Positions 54,494 through 64,000 are shown, counted from the first letter of the stretch. The stretch: 64,000 bases of DNA from Xanthobacteraceae bacterium (GCA_030038995.1 JASHQS010000260.1:327-64326); one strand, 5' to 3'. Program-made: numbers and translations. The notes: generated by a model not told the origin, from the letters alone.

Positions 54494-55507
54494 ATGAAAG
54501 TCTGGCAGCTAAGCTGCGTCGTTGGCGCAACGGCGGCGATTTCGGTCGCTGCGGCGTGGCGCATCGCGGACCTGCAGCCGGTCGCCGCGCCGCCGACCAT
54601 GGCCGCGCCGCCAACCGCCATGCTTGCGGCGAAATTCGCGGCCGCCCCGGCCAACACGACGGTCGTGGCGAAAGCCAGCACAATGTCGCCGAATGCGCTG
54701 ATCGGGGCGGCATTCAGTGCATTGGGGCGGAATGCTCTCACTGCTCTCGATGTGACGGGCGCAGTTGCAAAAGGCCCTATGCTGGCCTTGACCGAAGACG
54801 ATCAGTTGCCGGCCATCCGCTTCGCGTTGCCGGCCGGCCCGGCTGCGGCGGCAAGACGCGCACTGCCGTATCTCAAGTACTACGTTTATTCCGAGCTTCC
54901 GCCTCCGGAAAAACCGGCGAAAATCGCCTTGCAGGCGCTAAGCGACGTTCCGCTGGGAACGCCGCTCGAGGAGATCAAACGTGCAGCCGACGCTTTCGGT
55001 CTCGACTATAATTTCATGAAAGCGGTCGCCAAGGTCGAATCCGATTTCGATCCCGGGCAACGCACCGGCTCATATATCGGTCTGTTCCAACTGAGCCGCG
55101 CCGAGTTCGCTCGCTATGGCTCCGGCGATATCACAAACCCGCGCGACAATGCCGTCGCGGCGGCCTATAAATTCCTCAACGAGGCTGCAATGTTTGAAGC
55201 GGTGACGCACAAGAAACCTACTTTCAGCGATCTCTATTTGATTCACCAGCAGGGATGGCAGGGCGCCGCGGAACACGTCAGTCACCCGGACCGCATCGCC
55301 TGGAAGTCGATGTGCGCAACCGACGAGGGCATGATGAAAGGCGAGCGCTGGTGCAAGCACGCCATCTGGTGGAACACGCTGCCGGCGGTCAAGCGCGAAT
55401 GGAAGTCGGTCGACCGCCTGACCTCGGGCGCGTTCGTGGCGATGTGGCGGCAGCGGATCGATACGCTCTATGCGCGCTATGCCGACGTCGAGCGGGCGAA
55501 GGAGTGA
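54494..55507 (+). CDS. SLT-domain (lytic transglycosylase-like) protein
   Basis: N-terminal anchor, then ...MKAVAKVESDFDPGQRTGSYIGLFQLS (catalytic E-S motif). Start at ATG 54494. Confidence 0.7.
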   Translation: MKVWQLSCVVGATAAISVAAAWRIADLQPVAAPPTMAAPPTAMLAAKFAAAPANTTVVAKASTMSPNALIGAAFSALGRNALTALDVTGAVAKGPMLALTEDDQLPAIRFALPAGPAAAARRALPYLKYYVYSELPPPEKPAKIALQALSDVPLGTPLEEIKRAADAFGLDYNFMKAVAKVESDFDPGQRTGSYIGLFQLSRAEFARYGSGDITNPRDNAVAAAYKFLNEAAMFEAVTHKKPTFSDLYLIHQQGWQGAAEHVSHPDRIAWKSMCATDEGMMKGERWCKHAIWWNTLPAVKREWKSVDRLTSGAFVAMWRQRIDTLYARYADVERAKE

Positions 55508-55779
55508 CACGGTTTCCGGCTGATCGCTTCACTTGCCCGCGGACCGAATCGCGAACACTCAACGTCATCAACGGCCGGCTTCTTGGCTCATGAAATCCAG
55601 CGTGTCGGCGCCGCCGTGGCGGCGGCGCCCCACGCGGCAACCGGATTCTTGGGCGCCGCCGCCTTCTTGTTCTATGCAGCGCAGACTTGGGCCGCTATCA
55701 TCATGGCAAGCGGCGGCGGGCATCGACGCGGCCGGTGCAATCCGAGGATCAAGGCCAACAGTAGCCGGGGAGGTTTTCA

Positions 55780-56586
55780 ATGCCGAAGATCAAGGCAAAC
55801 GGCATCTCGATCAATTACGAGCAGCAAGGCGCGGGAGAGCCGCTCGTCCTTATCCCTTATCTCGCCGCCGACAATGCCTGCTACGCCTTCCAGGTCGCCG
55901 ACTATGCGAAGCATTTCACCTGCATCTCGCTTGATCCGCGCGGCGCCGGCGAAACCGACAAACCGGACGGCAGCTATTCGATCGAGCTGTTGGCCGACGA
56001 CGTGGCCGCGTTCATGCACGGGATCGGCATCGAGCGCGCCCACGTGAGCGGCGTGTCGCTGGGTGCGGCAACCGGGCTGTGGCTGGCCGGCAAATATCCG
56101 CAGCGGGTCAAGTCGCTGTCGCTGCACAGTGCCTGGCCGAAGAGCGATCCCTTTCTCAAGGTGGTGGTCGAAGGCTGGCGCAGCATCGCCAAGGCGCTGG
56201 ACAGCGTGCAGGAAATGATCATCCAGGGTATCTTCCCGTACTGCTTCACGCCGGAACTCTACGCCGCCAAGCCGGACTACATCGAGCAGCTCGCGGCCTT
56301 TGTGCGCAGCCGCCCGAAGCAGCCGCTCGATGCATTCATGCGCCAGTCCGGTGCCGTCATCGCCCACGACGCGGCCTCGCAACTGCCGCGTATCAAGGCG
56401 CCGACCCAAATTACTTTCGGCCGCCACGACATTGTGACGTCGTTGCGTTTTGCCGACGCCCTCAAGAACGGAATAGCCGGGAGCGAGTTTTTCATCTTCG
56501 AAGGTTGCGCGCACGCCGCCCTTTATGAAAACGTAGCCGAGTTCAATGCAAAGACCTTGAGCTTTCTGAGGCAGCATGCGGGTTGA
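55780..56586 (+). CDS. alpha/beta hydrolase
   Basis: HVSGVSLGAATG nucleophile elbow and C-terminal GCAHAA His. GGGGAGG SD. Confidence 0.85.
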   Translation: MPKIKANGISINYEQQGAGEPLVLIPYLAADNACYAFQVADYAKHFTCISLDPRGAGETDKPDGSYSIELLADDVAAFMHGIGIERAHVSGVSLGAATGLWLAGKYPQRVKSLSLHSAWPKSDPFLKVVVEGWRSIAKALDSVQEMIIQGIFPYCFTPELYAAKPDYIEQLAAFVRSRPKQPLDAFMRQSGAVIAHDAASQLPRIKAPTQITFGRHDIVTSLRFADALKNGIAGSEFFIFEGCAHAALYENVAEFNAKTLSFLRQHAG

Positions 56587-56805
56587 GGCGCACGACCTGA
56601 GCCGATCATAGCGCGGCGGCCGGCCACGGAACTCCTCGCCCGCCTGCGGTTCGCGGTTGAGTCCGATCTTTTTGGCTGCGGCGATGAACTGCGGGCCGCA
56701 GCATGTCGCGGAAGGCCTTGTGCAGGGCCGCCGCGCGGCCGGCGGCGCTGCCGCCGCCCTCGACCTCGCTGCGCTGCATGGCAAGCAGTGGCGGCACCAG
56801 CGGTT

Positions 56806-59172
56806 TCAATAATGCCACGCGGCTTTCACGTAGTAGGTGCGCGGCTCGCCGACAGCGCCGCCGGCGCTCTCCGCGAACGTGTAGTAGGTGACGTTGCCGA
56901 TGTTCTTGATGCCGATTTGCGCGTCCCAATGGGTCTGGTAATAGCCGAACATGGCGTCGATCACCGTCGAGGGCGGAATCCACGAGGTGTTTCCGGTGTT
57001 GGCGTAGGTGCGGTCGTTGTATGACAGGCCGCCGCCGACCTTGAAACCGTGAACGCCCGCTATGGCGAAATCGTAGGTCGTCCACAGATTGAAGATGTGG
57101 GCCGGAACGCCGACCGGCCAGTTGCCGACCTGCGAAGGAGTCAAGGGTACCTGCGTCAGCACCGCTTCTTGCGTGATCGCGTTGGCGAGGATCTTCCATT
57201 GCGGCGTGACCGCGACCTGCAAGTCGGCATCGATACCCTTGCTGGTCTGCCCATTGAAGGAGATTTGGTCGGTGGTGGTATCTTCATTGAAGACGTTTTG
57301 CCGGAAAATCTCGAACGCCGCGGTGGTCAGGACGATACGGCCGTCCGGCGAGGAAAGTTTCACCCCGGCCTCGTATTCGAGCCCGGATTCCGGCGCGAAG
57401 ATGCCGTTCTGCGTCGTTTCCGAGTTGAAGTTGGTGAGGTAGCTTTTCGACACGCCGACGAACGGGGCGACGCCGGGCAGGATCTTGTAGAGCGTGCCGA
57501 CGCTCCAACTGGTCGGGTGGTCGATTTCGGTGTCGACGACGCCGGGTTCGAGCGGGGTGCCGTTCATTTCGAACCGGCCGGGCGCCGGATTGGTGGCGGA
57601 TTGCGCCACATAGGCGAGCGGCGTCAACTGCTCGTACCAGTGCTCCTGTCTGACGCCAAGCCGCAGCTTCCACTGATCGGTGAGGTCGATCTGGTCGGTT
57701 GCGTAGGCGGAGAGATAGAGCGCGCTCAGGTCATCGATCATGCCGGGGTCGGCTGCAGTGCGCATGAAGGCGAGCCCGGCGGTCGAGGTTTCGGGAATGA
57801 CCGGCGCGAAGATGTTGGTGATGTTCGGCAGGTTGGCGGTGGCGCGGTTGTCGTCGATGCTCTGCCACTCGACCTGCGCGCCGGTCAAAAGCGTGTGGCC
57901 GACCGAGCCGGTGTGGAATTTCCAGACCGGCTCGAACTGATAGATGAAATCGTTGTCGTGGTCGGTCTGCTCGCGCAGCTGCCGACCCGTCTCCTCAAAC
58001 AGCCCGCCGACTTCGGTGATGGTGCCGCCGCCGGAATTGCGCAGGATGTCGACGTCGCGGTGCGTGAACGACAGGCGGTTGTTGACCGTGAGATAATCCG
58101 CCACCCACCAGGAGTCGATCGCCGTGCCGCGCTCGATGTCCTGGTTGCCGTAATCGAACGGCGTCGAATATTTCGCCGTATTGGGCACGTTGGCGAGCGG
58201 CGTGCCGGCATCGCTGCTGCCGTTGAAATAGAGAATGCCGTAGCTGTCGGGCGTGCGCTCGATGTGGCGCAGGTCGAGCGCGAACGTGGTGACGTGATTG
58301 TCGTGATTCCAGCTCAGCACCGGCCGGATTTCGTAGTCGGCGCTTTTAAGGTCGCGAAAGCCGTCGGCGTGCTGCAACAGGCCGTCGATGCGGTAGGTCC
58401 AGCCCGGAAGGCTGGCCGGGCCGGTGGCGTAGACGCTGGTGGTCGTGGAGCCGAACGAGCCGAGCTGCTCGCTGATGCCATAGCCGGGCGTCGCCGACGG
58501 CTGGAAGTGGACGATGTTGATGCTGCCGCCGGGCGTGGTGCTGCCGAACAACGCGGAGCCGGGGCCCTTGAGGACCTCGACGTTTTGCACGCCGTTGAGC
58601 GAGTGCGCAAAGCCGTTGAACTGGTCGCCGTCCGGAAAACCGTCGCTGTAGATGCGGGCATCGAGCCCGCGGATGGTGAAGCGATCGAAGAAGCCGTAGC
58701 TCGACGAGCCGCCGAGATTGATGCCGCTCACGTCGCGAATCGCGTCGCTCAAGGTGGTGCCGCCCTGCTCGACGACCTGGCTGTGCGGCACGACGACCAC
58801 GCTCTGCGGCAGGTCCGCAAGCGGCGTGCCGGTCTTGGCCAAACTTGGAATCTGCTGCAGCCCGGTCTGCGTGCCGGGCGTGCCGGCGGCCGCCGTTTGC
58901 GCGGGCGCCGGGCCGGTGCCGGTATTCGCAACGTTGGCCGGCGCCGCCGGCGCGCGCCGCCGCGCGGCGCGCCGCCGCTTCGGCTTTATTTTCGGCGCCG
59001 AGACGACGATTTCCGGCATTGTCACGCCGGCCGGTTTCGCCGGCGCCGGCGTCTGCGCCAACGCGCGCGCCGCCGCGACAAGGCAAATGGCTGCAGCACA
59101 GCCGCAACAACAACGCAAAGACCATTTGCGCGAAACGCCACTGGGCCGATATCTTTGGATACACTTGCGCAC
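56806..59172 (-). CDS. TonB-dependent (siderophore-type) outer-membrane receptor
   Basis: Plug (VVVVPHSQVVEQGGTTLSDAIRDVSGI) plus a beta-barrel with repeated aromatic-ended strands and a C-terminal ...YYVKAAWHY. The only available start is GTG 59172. Confidence 0.9.
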   Translation of the reverse strand: MRKCIQRYRPSGVSRKWSLRCCCGCAAAICLVAAARALAQTPAPAKPAGVTMPEIVVSAPKIKPKRRRAARRRAPAAPANVANTGTGPAPAQTAAAGTPGTQTGLQQIPSLAKTGTPLADLPQSVVVVPHSQVVEQGGTTLSDAIRDVSGINLGGSSSYGFFDRFTIRGLDARIYSDGFPDGDQFNGFAHSLNGVQNVEVLKGPGSALFGSTTPGGSINIVHFQPSATPGYGISEQLGSFGSTTTSVYATGPASLPGWTYRIDGLLQHADGFRDLKSADYEIRPVLSWNHDNHVTTFALDLRHIERTPDSYGILYFNGSSDAGTPLANVPNTAKYSTPFDYGNQDIERGTAIDSWWVADYLTVNNRLSFTHRDVDILRNSGGGTITEVGGLFEETGRQLREQTDHDNDFIYQFEPVWKFHTGSVGHTLLTGAQVEWQSIDDNRATANLPNITNIFAPVIPETSTAGLAFMRTAADPGMIDDLSALYLSAYATDQIDLTDQWKLRLGVRQEHWYEQLTPLAYVAQSATNPAPGRFEMNGTPLEPGVVDTEIDHPTSWSVGTLYKILPGVAPFVGVSKSYLTNFNSETTQNGIFAPESGLEYEAGVKLSSPDGRIVLTTAAFEIFRQNVFNEDTTTDQISFNGQTSKGIDADLQVAVTPQWKILANAITQEAVLTQVPLTPSQVGNWPVGVPAHIFNLWTTYDFAIAGVHGFKVGGGLSYNDRTYANTGNTSWIPPSTVIDAMFGYYQTHWDAQIGIKNIGNVTYYTFAESAGGAVGEPRTYYVKAAWHY

Positions 59173-59193
59173 TGCGACACCCCGTACTTTGAC

Positions 59194-59210
59194 TTTAGAA
59201 CAATGAAAAA
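59194..59210. promoter_or_regulatory. partial iron-control-element-like site TTTAGAA-CAA-TGAAAAA
   Basis: The left half is identical to the Bradyrhizobium Irr ICE half-site TTTAGAA as I recall it; the right half matches 4/7. Lies 22-38 bp upstream of the receptor start. Confidence 0.25.
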
Positions 59211-59491
59211 CTGTATAGCTATCAAATACTTCTTAGCATCGCGGCTGCGGGCATCTCAACAACAATCTTATTTTTGAGTAGAAATGAAGTTATAATAATT
59301 AAAAACTGATCATGCGTGACGGTGAGCAACGCATAGATCGGCATGTTGAAACCGCCGTTGTTGCACAGCGGTGACTTGGCGTGAGCGACCCAGTGCGTGG
59401 AAATCCCGATTCTTGCACGGCGTGCTTCGCCTCCTTTATGGTTCTCATGAGCATATGAATTACATGCGATACTGGAGCGACCCGAGAGCCT

Positions 59492-60448
59492 ATGGAAAAT
59501 TCTTTCGCTGATGGTCATACGGAAATTGTCGGCAAAGTGGTCGAGAAAGAGCTTGGCGAAGCTCCCACCGCGGTACGACGGATGACCGTTGGGATCGCCA
59601 ATGAGGTTTATGTCGCAAGCCTTGCGGCAAGAGAAGTGATTGTGCGTTTGAACGCAGACGAGAAATCAATTGCCGGCGCTGCAGCGCATATCGCATTGTT
59701 CAAATCAAAAGGTATCTCCGTCGCCGAAGTAATCGCCTCGGATTACTCAAAGAGCTTCGTTCCGTTTGCCTACCAAATACAAAGCAAATTAGCAGGCCAT
59801 GATATGGGCGTGGTAATTTCGACCCTTAGCAACGAACAGCTACGAGGGATTGCTCGGGAGATAGCATCGATAGTCAGGAAATTGGCGCCGCTCCCCACGA
59901 ATGGCAAATTCGGCTGGTCCGGCGGAAGCTCTGAAGCGTCGTTTGCTTCCTGGCTGGATGTCCTCAAGAAGTTACGGAGAGACGTGCGAGGGCGAACGGC
60001 ACAAACCGGCGTCGTCGACCAAAGATATATGGATGTGATGGACCGGATTCTCGAGAAGTACCATGGTTATTTCGAAAATCTGCCGTCGACTTTTTATTAC
60101 GACGATATGTGTTCGAAAAATGTTCTGATTCATGAGGGCAAGTTCGTCGGTCTGGTCGATCTTGATACGGTCGCATACGGCGATCTACTGGAGGGCATCG
60201 GCAGAATCGAAGCATGTTGGCATGGCACCGAATATGGCAGGACCTATGCCGACGCCGTAATGACGGAGCTCGGGCTTGATGAAGAGCGCCGAGAAATGGT
60301 CTCCGTATACGCTGTCCTCAACAGAATTTATTGGCTTTCGGAAAGAGGCATCAAATTCAACGAAAACACGTCGACCGATATTGACTATCGGGCCGTCGCG
60401 AAAGACAAGCAAATTATCGACGCGATGCTTGCCCGATTGAATGTCTAA
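59492..60448 (+). CDS. aminoglycoside-phosphotransferase-fold (APH/choline-kinase-like) small-molecule kinase
   Basis: YYDDMCSKNVLI (D-x4-N catalytic loop) and GLVDLDTVAYGD (DxD metal site). Codon usage is visibly AT-richer than the neighbours. Confidence 0.75.
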   Translation: MENSFADGHTEIVGKVVEKELGEAPTAVRRMTVGIANEVYVASLAAREVIVRLNADEKSIAGAAAHIALFKSKGISVAEVIASDYSKSFVPFAYQIQSKLAGHDMGVVISTLSNEQLRGIAREIASIVRKLAPLPTNGKFGWSGGSSEASFASWLDVLKKLRRDVRGRTAQTGVVDQRYMDVMDRILEKYHGYFENLPSTFYYDDMCSKNVLIHEGKFVGLVDLDTVAYGDLLEGIGRIEACWHGTEYGRTYADAVMTELGLDEERREMVSVYAVLNRIYWLSERGIKFNENTSTDIDYRAVAKDKQIIDAMLARLNV

Positions 60449-60630
60449 CGGCATTGTCCGACGACGATCGCCGGCAGCGCGATATCGACGACGGATTCAT
60501 CGACATTGGCGATCGTCGAAGCCAGGATCGTGGCGACGAGCACCCACGGTTTGCTGCTGACGGCGCAAGGCGCAGCGGCGATCGAGCGGATTGCTCCTTG
60601 GTCGCAAGGCGCGGCTTTGGGATTGATCAT
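60445..60630 (-). pseudogene. N-terminal stub of a DHA2-type MFS efflux transporter, truncated at the AT-rich islet
   Basis: ...KPWVLVATILASTIANVDESVVDIALPAI is the characteristic TM1 motif. Reading stops 6 codons later, exactly at the composition break. Confidence 0.45.
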
Positions 60631-60933
60631 TTGCCGTCGCCAAAGCCGGTTTATGGGGCGCGGCGTGCGGCCCTGCCGCAGCCGCGCGGCGCGCGGGCCG
60701 AGACGAGCCTGGCGTCGACGCGAAGTCGGCATGAGGCCGTTGGTCGCACCGCGTTCCGCAAGTATCATCTTGAGGGGACAAGCCGCCCACGGTCACATTA
60801 TAGCTGCGCCTACATCGAGGCGGAGCCGGGCCAGTTCGGCCTTGTGCAGGAAGCCCATGAATCATGACCTACCCCGCGACGCCGACGGCCCATGCCGGCG
60901 GCACCGCGCTTCGTCCCGCAGAGGCGCCATGCC

Positions 60934-62265
60934 ATGACTGTTGCCACGGCCGCGGTTTCACCTTGGTACCGGACGCTCACGGCACACCAATGGCGCACGC
61001 TGGTCGCCGCCAATCTGGGTTGGCTGTTCGACGGCTTCGAGACTTACGCCCTGTTCCTCACCGTCGGGCCGGCCATGCACGCGCTGCTGCCGCCTGCCGC
61101 CTATCCGCACATTCCCGCCTTCATCGGGACCGTGGTGGCGATCACGCTCCTCGGCTGGGGCATCGGCGGCTTTTGCGGCGGCATTCTCGCCGATTATCTC
61201 GGCCGCAAACGGACCATGATCTACGCCATCCTGGCCTATGCGGTTCTGACCGGTTTGACGGCGTTGTCCTTCAATTGGCTCTCGTTCGCGCTGTTGCGGT
61301 TTCTGGTCGGCATCGCCATCGGTTCGGAATGGGCGACCGGCTCCTCGATGATGGCCGAGCTGTGGCCGAAGCAAGCGCGCGGCAAGGGCGCGAGCCTGAT
61401 GCAGTGCGGCTTCGGCATCGGTTTCTTCATCGCCTCGCTGTTGTGGCTGTTCATCAGCGCGCTCGGGCCGCAGGCTTGGCGCTACATGTTTCTGGTCGGC
61501 GTGCTGCCGGCGCTCCTGGTGCTGTGGATCAGATTTTCGATCGACGAATCGCAGGCCTGGCAACAGAGCGACGCGCGGCGTCGCGACGCGCGCCGGCGCC
61601 TGAAGAGCGGGGCCGCGCTTTCGGCGGCCGACCAGGCGCTGACCCGCTTCACCGTCGCCGACCTGTTCGCCGAGCCGGAGATCCGCCGGCGCACGATCCT
61701 GGTATTTCTGCTGTCGTTCTCCACCACGCTGGCGTGGTGGGGCATCTCGTCATGGGTCTCGCCCTACATCGCGGGGGTCGCCCGCAACGCCCACCTTCCG
61801 GCGCAGCAATGGGTCAGCTACGCCGGCATGACGTACAATCTGGGCGGCATATTGGGCTACATCGCGCTGGGATTTCTCGCCGACAGCTTCGGCCGCAAGC
61901 CGACCACGATGCTCTATTTCGCCGGCGCATTTTTGCTGACGCCGGTTTTTTATCTGTGGACGCACGACATCGACCTGTTGCTCGTTGCGGCGCTGGTCAA
62001 CGGCTTCTTCACGCTCGGCATCTATTCGTGGATGCCGGTGTGGCTGCCGGAGCTTTACCCGACGCGCTCGCGGGCGACCGGCATCGCGTTCGCCTTCAAT
62101 GCGCCGCGCTTCGTCGCCTTCCTCGGTCCGCTGTTCGCCGGCGCGCTGATCGTCGAATTCGGCGGCTTCAGCCGCACCGCCATGATCTTCGCCTGCATCT
62201 ACATTCTCGGCTTCGTCGTGGCGCCGTTCCTCCCGGAGACCAAGGGGCAGCCGCTGCCGGCATAG
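60934..62265 (+). CDS. MFS transporter (sugar-porter/metabolite:H+ symporter-like)
   Basis: GWLFDGFETYA, DYLGRKRTM and LLRFLVGIAIGSEWATG motifs. Start at ATG 60934. Confidence 0.85.
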   Translation: MTVATAAVSPWYRTLTAHQWRTLVAANLGWLFDGFETYALFLTVGPAMHALLPPAAYPHIPAFIGTVVAITLLGWGIGGFCGGILADYLGRKRTMIYAILAYAVLTGLTALSFNWLSFALLRFLVGIAIGSEWATGSSMMAELWPKQARGKGASLMQCGFGIGFFIASLLWLFISALGPQAWRYMFLVGVLPALLVLWIRFSIDESQAWQQSDARRRDARRRLKSGAALSAADQALTRFTVADLFAEPEIRRRTILVFLLSFSTTLAWWGISSWVSPYIAGVARNAHLPAQQWVSYAGMTYNLGGILGYIALGFLADSFGRKPTTMLYFAGAFLLTPVFYLWTHDIDLLLVAALVNGFFTLGIYSWMPVWLPELYPTRSRATGIAFAFNAPRFVAFLGPLFAGALIVEFGGFSRTAMIFACIYILGFVVAPFLPETKGQPLPA

Positions 62266-62454
62266 GAAGGTGCTGGTCTCAGCGGCTGCCCGAAAAATGG
62301 GCGGCGCCGTGCTGAAAAATCAGCCGCGCCTCCGCGACGGCTGATATTCATGATCCAAGTCAGTAGCTTGGACTTCAGCGAACTTGGCACGTGGTTTGCG
62401 ATCCGACCGGCGGGGAGGGCGTCTTTGCGCTCTCCGGCAGGCGGAGGCTTATCC

Positions 62455-63774
62455 ATGTCCCACACTCCCACATTGAAGAATCTTCAGCTCAACCGGCGCC
62501 GGTTGCTGGCGTCCGCGACCGGGCTCGCTGCCGGGCTCATGGCGCCCCGACTGGCCATGGCCGCGGACACGATCAAAGTCGGCATACTGCACTCGCTGTC
62601 CGGCACGATGGCGATCAGCGAGACGACGCTCAAGGACGTCATGCTGATGCTGATTGCCGAGCAGAACCAGCAGGGCGGCTTGCTCGGCAAAAAGCTCGAG
62701 CCGGTCGTGGTCGATCCGGCCTCGAACTGGCCCTTGTTCGCCGAGAAGGCGCGCGAGCTGATCAGCCAGGATCACGTCGCCGCGGTGTTCGGCTGCTGGA
62801 CCTCGGTGTCGCGCAAGTCGGTGTTGCCGGTGTTCAAGGAGCTCGACAACATCCTGTTCTATCCGGTGCAGTACGAGGGCGAGGAGAGCCAGCGCAACGT
62901 GTTCTACACCGGCGCGGCGCCGAACCAGCAGGCGATTCCGGCGGTCGATTACCTCGCGAGCGCGGACGGCGGCTCGGTCAAGCGCTGGGTGCTGGAAGGC
63001 ACCGATTACGTCTATCCGCGCACCACCAACAAGATTCTCGAGGCTTACCTCAAGAACGAGCTCAAGGTGGCGCCCGAAGACATCTTGATCAACTACACGC
63101 CGTTCGGCTTCTCCGACTGGCAGACCGAAGTGTCGCGGATCAAGGCGTTCGGCTCGGCCGGCAAGAAGACCGCAGTCGTCTCCACGATCAACGGCGACGC
63201 CAACGTGCCGTTCTACAAGGAGCTCGGCAACCAGGGTGTCAAGGCGACCGACATTCCGGTCGTGGCCTTCTCGGTGGGGGAGGAAGAGCTGGCCGGCCTC
63301 GACACCAAGCCGCTGGTCGGGCATCTCGCCGCCTGGAACTATTTCGAGTCGATCAAGACGCCGGCCAACCTCGCCTTCATCAAGCAGTGGCACGAGTTCA
63401 TCGGCAATCCGAAGCGCACCACCAACGATCCGATGGAGGCGCACTACATCGGCTTCCATATGTGGGTGAAGGCGGTGGAGAAAGTCGGCACCACCGACGC
63501 CGACAAGGTCATCGCCGCCTTGCCCGGCACGCAGACGCCCAATTTGACCGGCGGCATCGCCACCATGCTGCCGAACCATCACATCACCAAGCCGGTCTAT
63601 ATCGGCGAGATCAGGCCGGACGGCCAGTTCGACGTGGTGTGGAAGACCAAACGGCTGGTGCCGGGTCAGGCGTGGTCGCCATACCTGCCCGGATCGAAGG
63701 ACTTGGTTGCCGATTGGGTGAAGCTCAATTGCGGCAACTACAACACCGTCACCAAGACGTGCGGCGGTTCGTAG
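62455..63774 (+). CDS. urtA: urea ABC transporter substrate-binding protein
   Basis: Tat-like signal (NRRRLLASATGLAAG), then IKVGILHSLSGTMAISE...FGCWTSVSRK...YPVQYEG, as in UrtA. GGCGGAGG SD. Confidence 0.9.
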   Translation: MSHTPTLKNLQLNRRRLLASATGLAAGLMAPRLAMAADTIKVGILHSLSGTMAISETTLKDVMLMLIAEQNQQGGLLGKKLEPVVVDPASNWPLFAEKARELISQDHVAAVFGCWTSVSRKSVLPVFKELDNILFYPVQYEGEESQRNVFYTGAAPNQQAIPAVDYLASADGGSVKRWVLEGTDYVYPRTTNKILEAYLKNELKVAPEDILINYTPFGFSDWQTEVSRIKAFGSAGKKTAVVSTINGDANVPFYKELGNQGVKATDIPVVAFSVGEEELAGLDTKPLVGHLAAWNYFESIKTPANLAFIKQWHEFIGNPKRTTNDPMEAHYIGFHMWVKAVEKVGTTDADKVIAALPGTQTPNLTGGIATMLPNHHITKPVYIGEIRPDGQFDVVWKTKRLVPGQAWSPYLPGSKDLVADWVKLNCGNYNTVTKTCGGS

Positions 63775-63805
63775 CCGGCGTCGCTGCGCCAAGCTGCAGG
63801 ATTGC

Positions 63806-63831
63806 GGGAAGGCGGCGCCGTCCGCCTTCCC
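63806..63831 (+). other. intercistronic 10-bp GC hairpin GGGAAGGCGG-N6-CCGCCTTCCC between urtA and urtB
   Basis: Perfect stem read directly, with no U-tract. Possibly a differential-expression or mRNA-stability element. Confidence 0.45.
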
Positions 63832-63854
63832 GGGGAATGCCGGGATTTATCGAT

Positions 63855-64000
63855 ATGGCTGTAGCCCGAGCTTTGCTCGTCGCGCTGGCTTTTGCCTGTG
63901 CCTTGGTGTGTGGCTTGGCCCTGGGCCAGGCCGCCGCCGCCGCGGCGACGCTCGACCAGGCGATCGCGCATTTCACCGCCGACGATTTTGACGAGACCCT
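63855..64000 (+). CDS. 5' part of the next gene, probably the urea ABC permease UrtB (N-terminal signal/extension), truncated by the window end
   Basis: MAVARALLVALAFACALVCGLALG... follows urtA. Identity is inferred from the canonical urtABCDE order only. Confidence 0.4.
   Translation, partial: MAVARALLVALAFACALVCGLALGQAAAAAATLDQAIAHFTADDFDET

Overview
High-GC alphaproteobacterial chromosomal segment. The lineage looks Bradyrhizobiaceae/Nitrobacteraceae-like, inferred from protein similarity recalled from memory and from the many REP-type GC-rich palindromes; no computation was run. I saw no rRNA, tRNA or CRISPR array.

Gene content, left to right:
1. 1-12.2 kb, oxalate/formate C1 module: possible oxc tail, frc, an Fmt-like formyltransferase translationally coupled to fhs, a GST, an oxalate/formate-type MFS antiporter with an untracked 41-aa downstream ORF, a 2 x 119 bp tandem duplication in its upstream region, and an NAD-type formate dehydrogenase (fused FdsG/B plus FdsA).
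2. 12.2-14 kb: a small tyrosinase followed by a separately translated tyrosinase-C-terminal-domain-like protein.
3. 14-27 kb, mostly housekeeping: GNAT, DUF3297, bioB with a coupled AbrB-fold gene, GGT, Dcp, a DapA-like protein, ornithine decarboxylase behind a long leader, HAD, and a COG0523-WD40 pair. This stretch is punctuated by three copies of a 180-bp MITE that carry 8-bp target duplications centred on REP hairpin loops.
4. 27-31.8 kb: Bug/TctC protein, Zur-box-controlled znuABC, and a PfkB kinase.
5. 31.8-36.6 kb, top candidate: an IS91 remnant followed by an operon of CuA subunit II, heme-copper subunit I, SenC, a CtaG-like protein and a HiPIP, then NsrR. In subunit I the catalytic cross-link tyrosine is replaced (H-T-F-I-N). 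An NsrR-type 11-1-11 operator overlaps the putative promoter. I interpret this as an NO-responsive sNOR-like nitric oxide reductase with a possible HiPIP electron donor.
6. 37-43.6 kb: MocR, MFS, LysR, an MpaB/DUF2236 oxygenase and a membrane protein.
7. 43.6-54.1 kb, membrane-lipid neighbourhood: ugd, YbhN-like protein plus dgkA, PlcP/LpxH-like phosphoesterase, SemiSWEET, orphan phoU, psd-like decarboxylase, N-extended class III aminotransferase, Mpo1-like protein, and a GT4 glycosyltransferase coupled to a PmtA-like methyltransferase. Weak Pho-box-like direct repeats suggest a phosphate-starvation lipid-remodelling locus.
8. 54-64 kb: SLT-domain protein, alpha/beta hydrolase, TonB-dependent receptor, an AT-rich islet carrying an APH-like kinase that truncates an MFS gene, an MFS transporter, urtA and the start of urtB.

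Many long ORFs in the track are GC-driven antisense artefacts. Several start codons were re-assigned from SD/ATG inspection. The ORF track treats GTG and TTG as starts.
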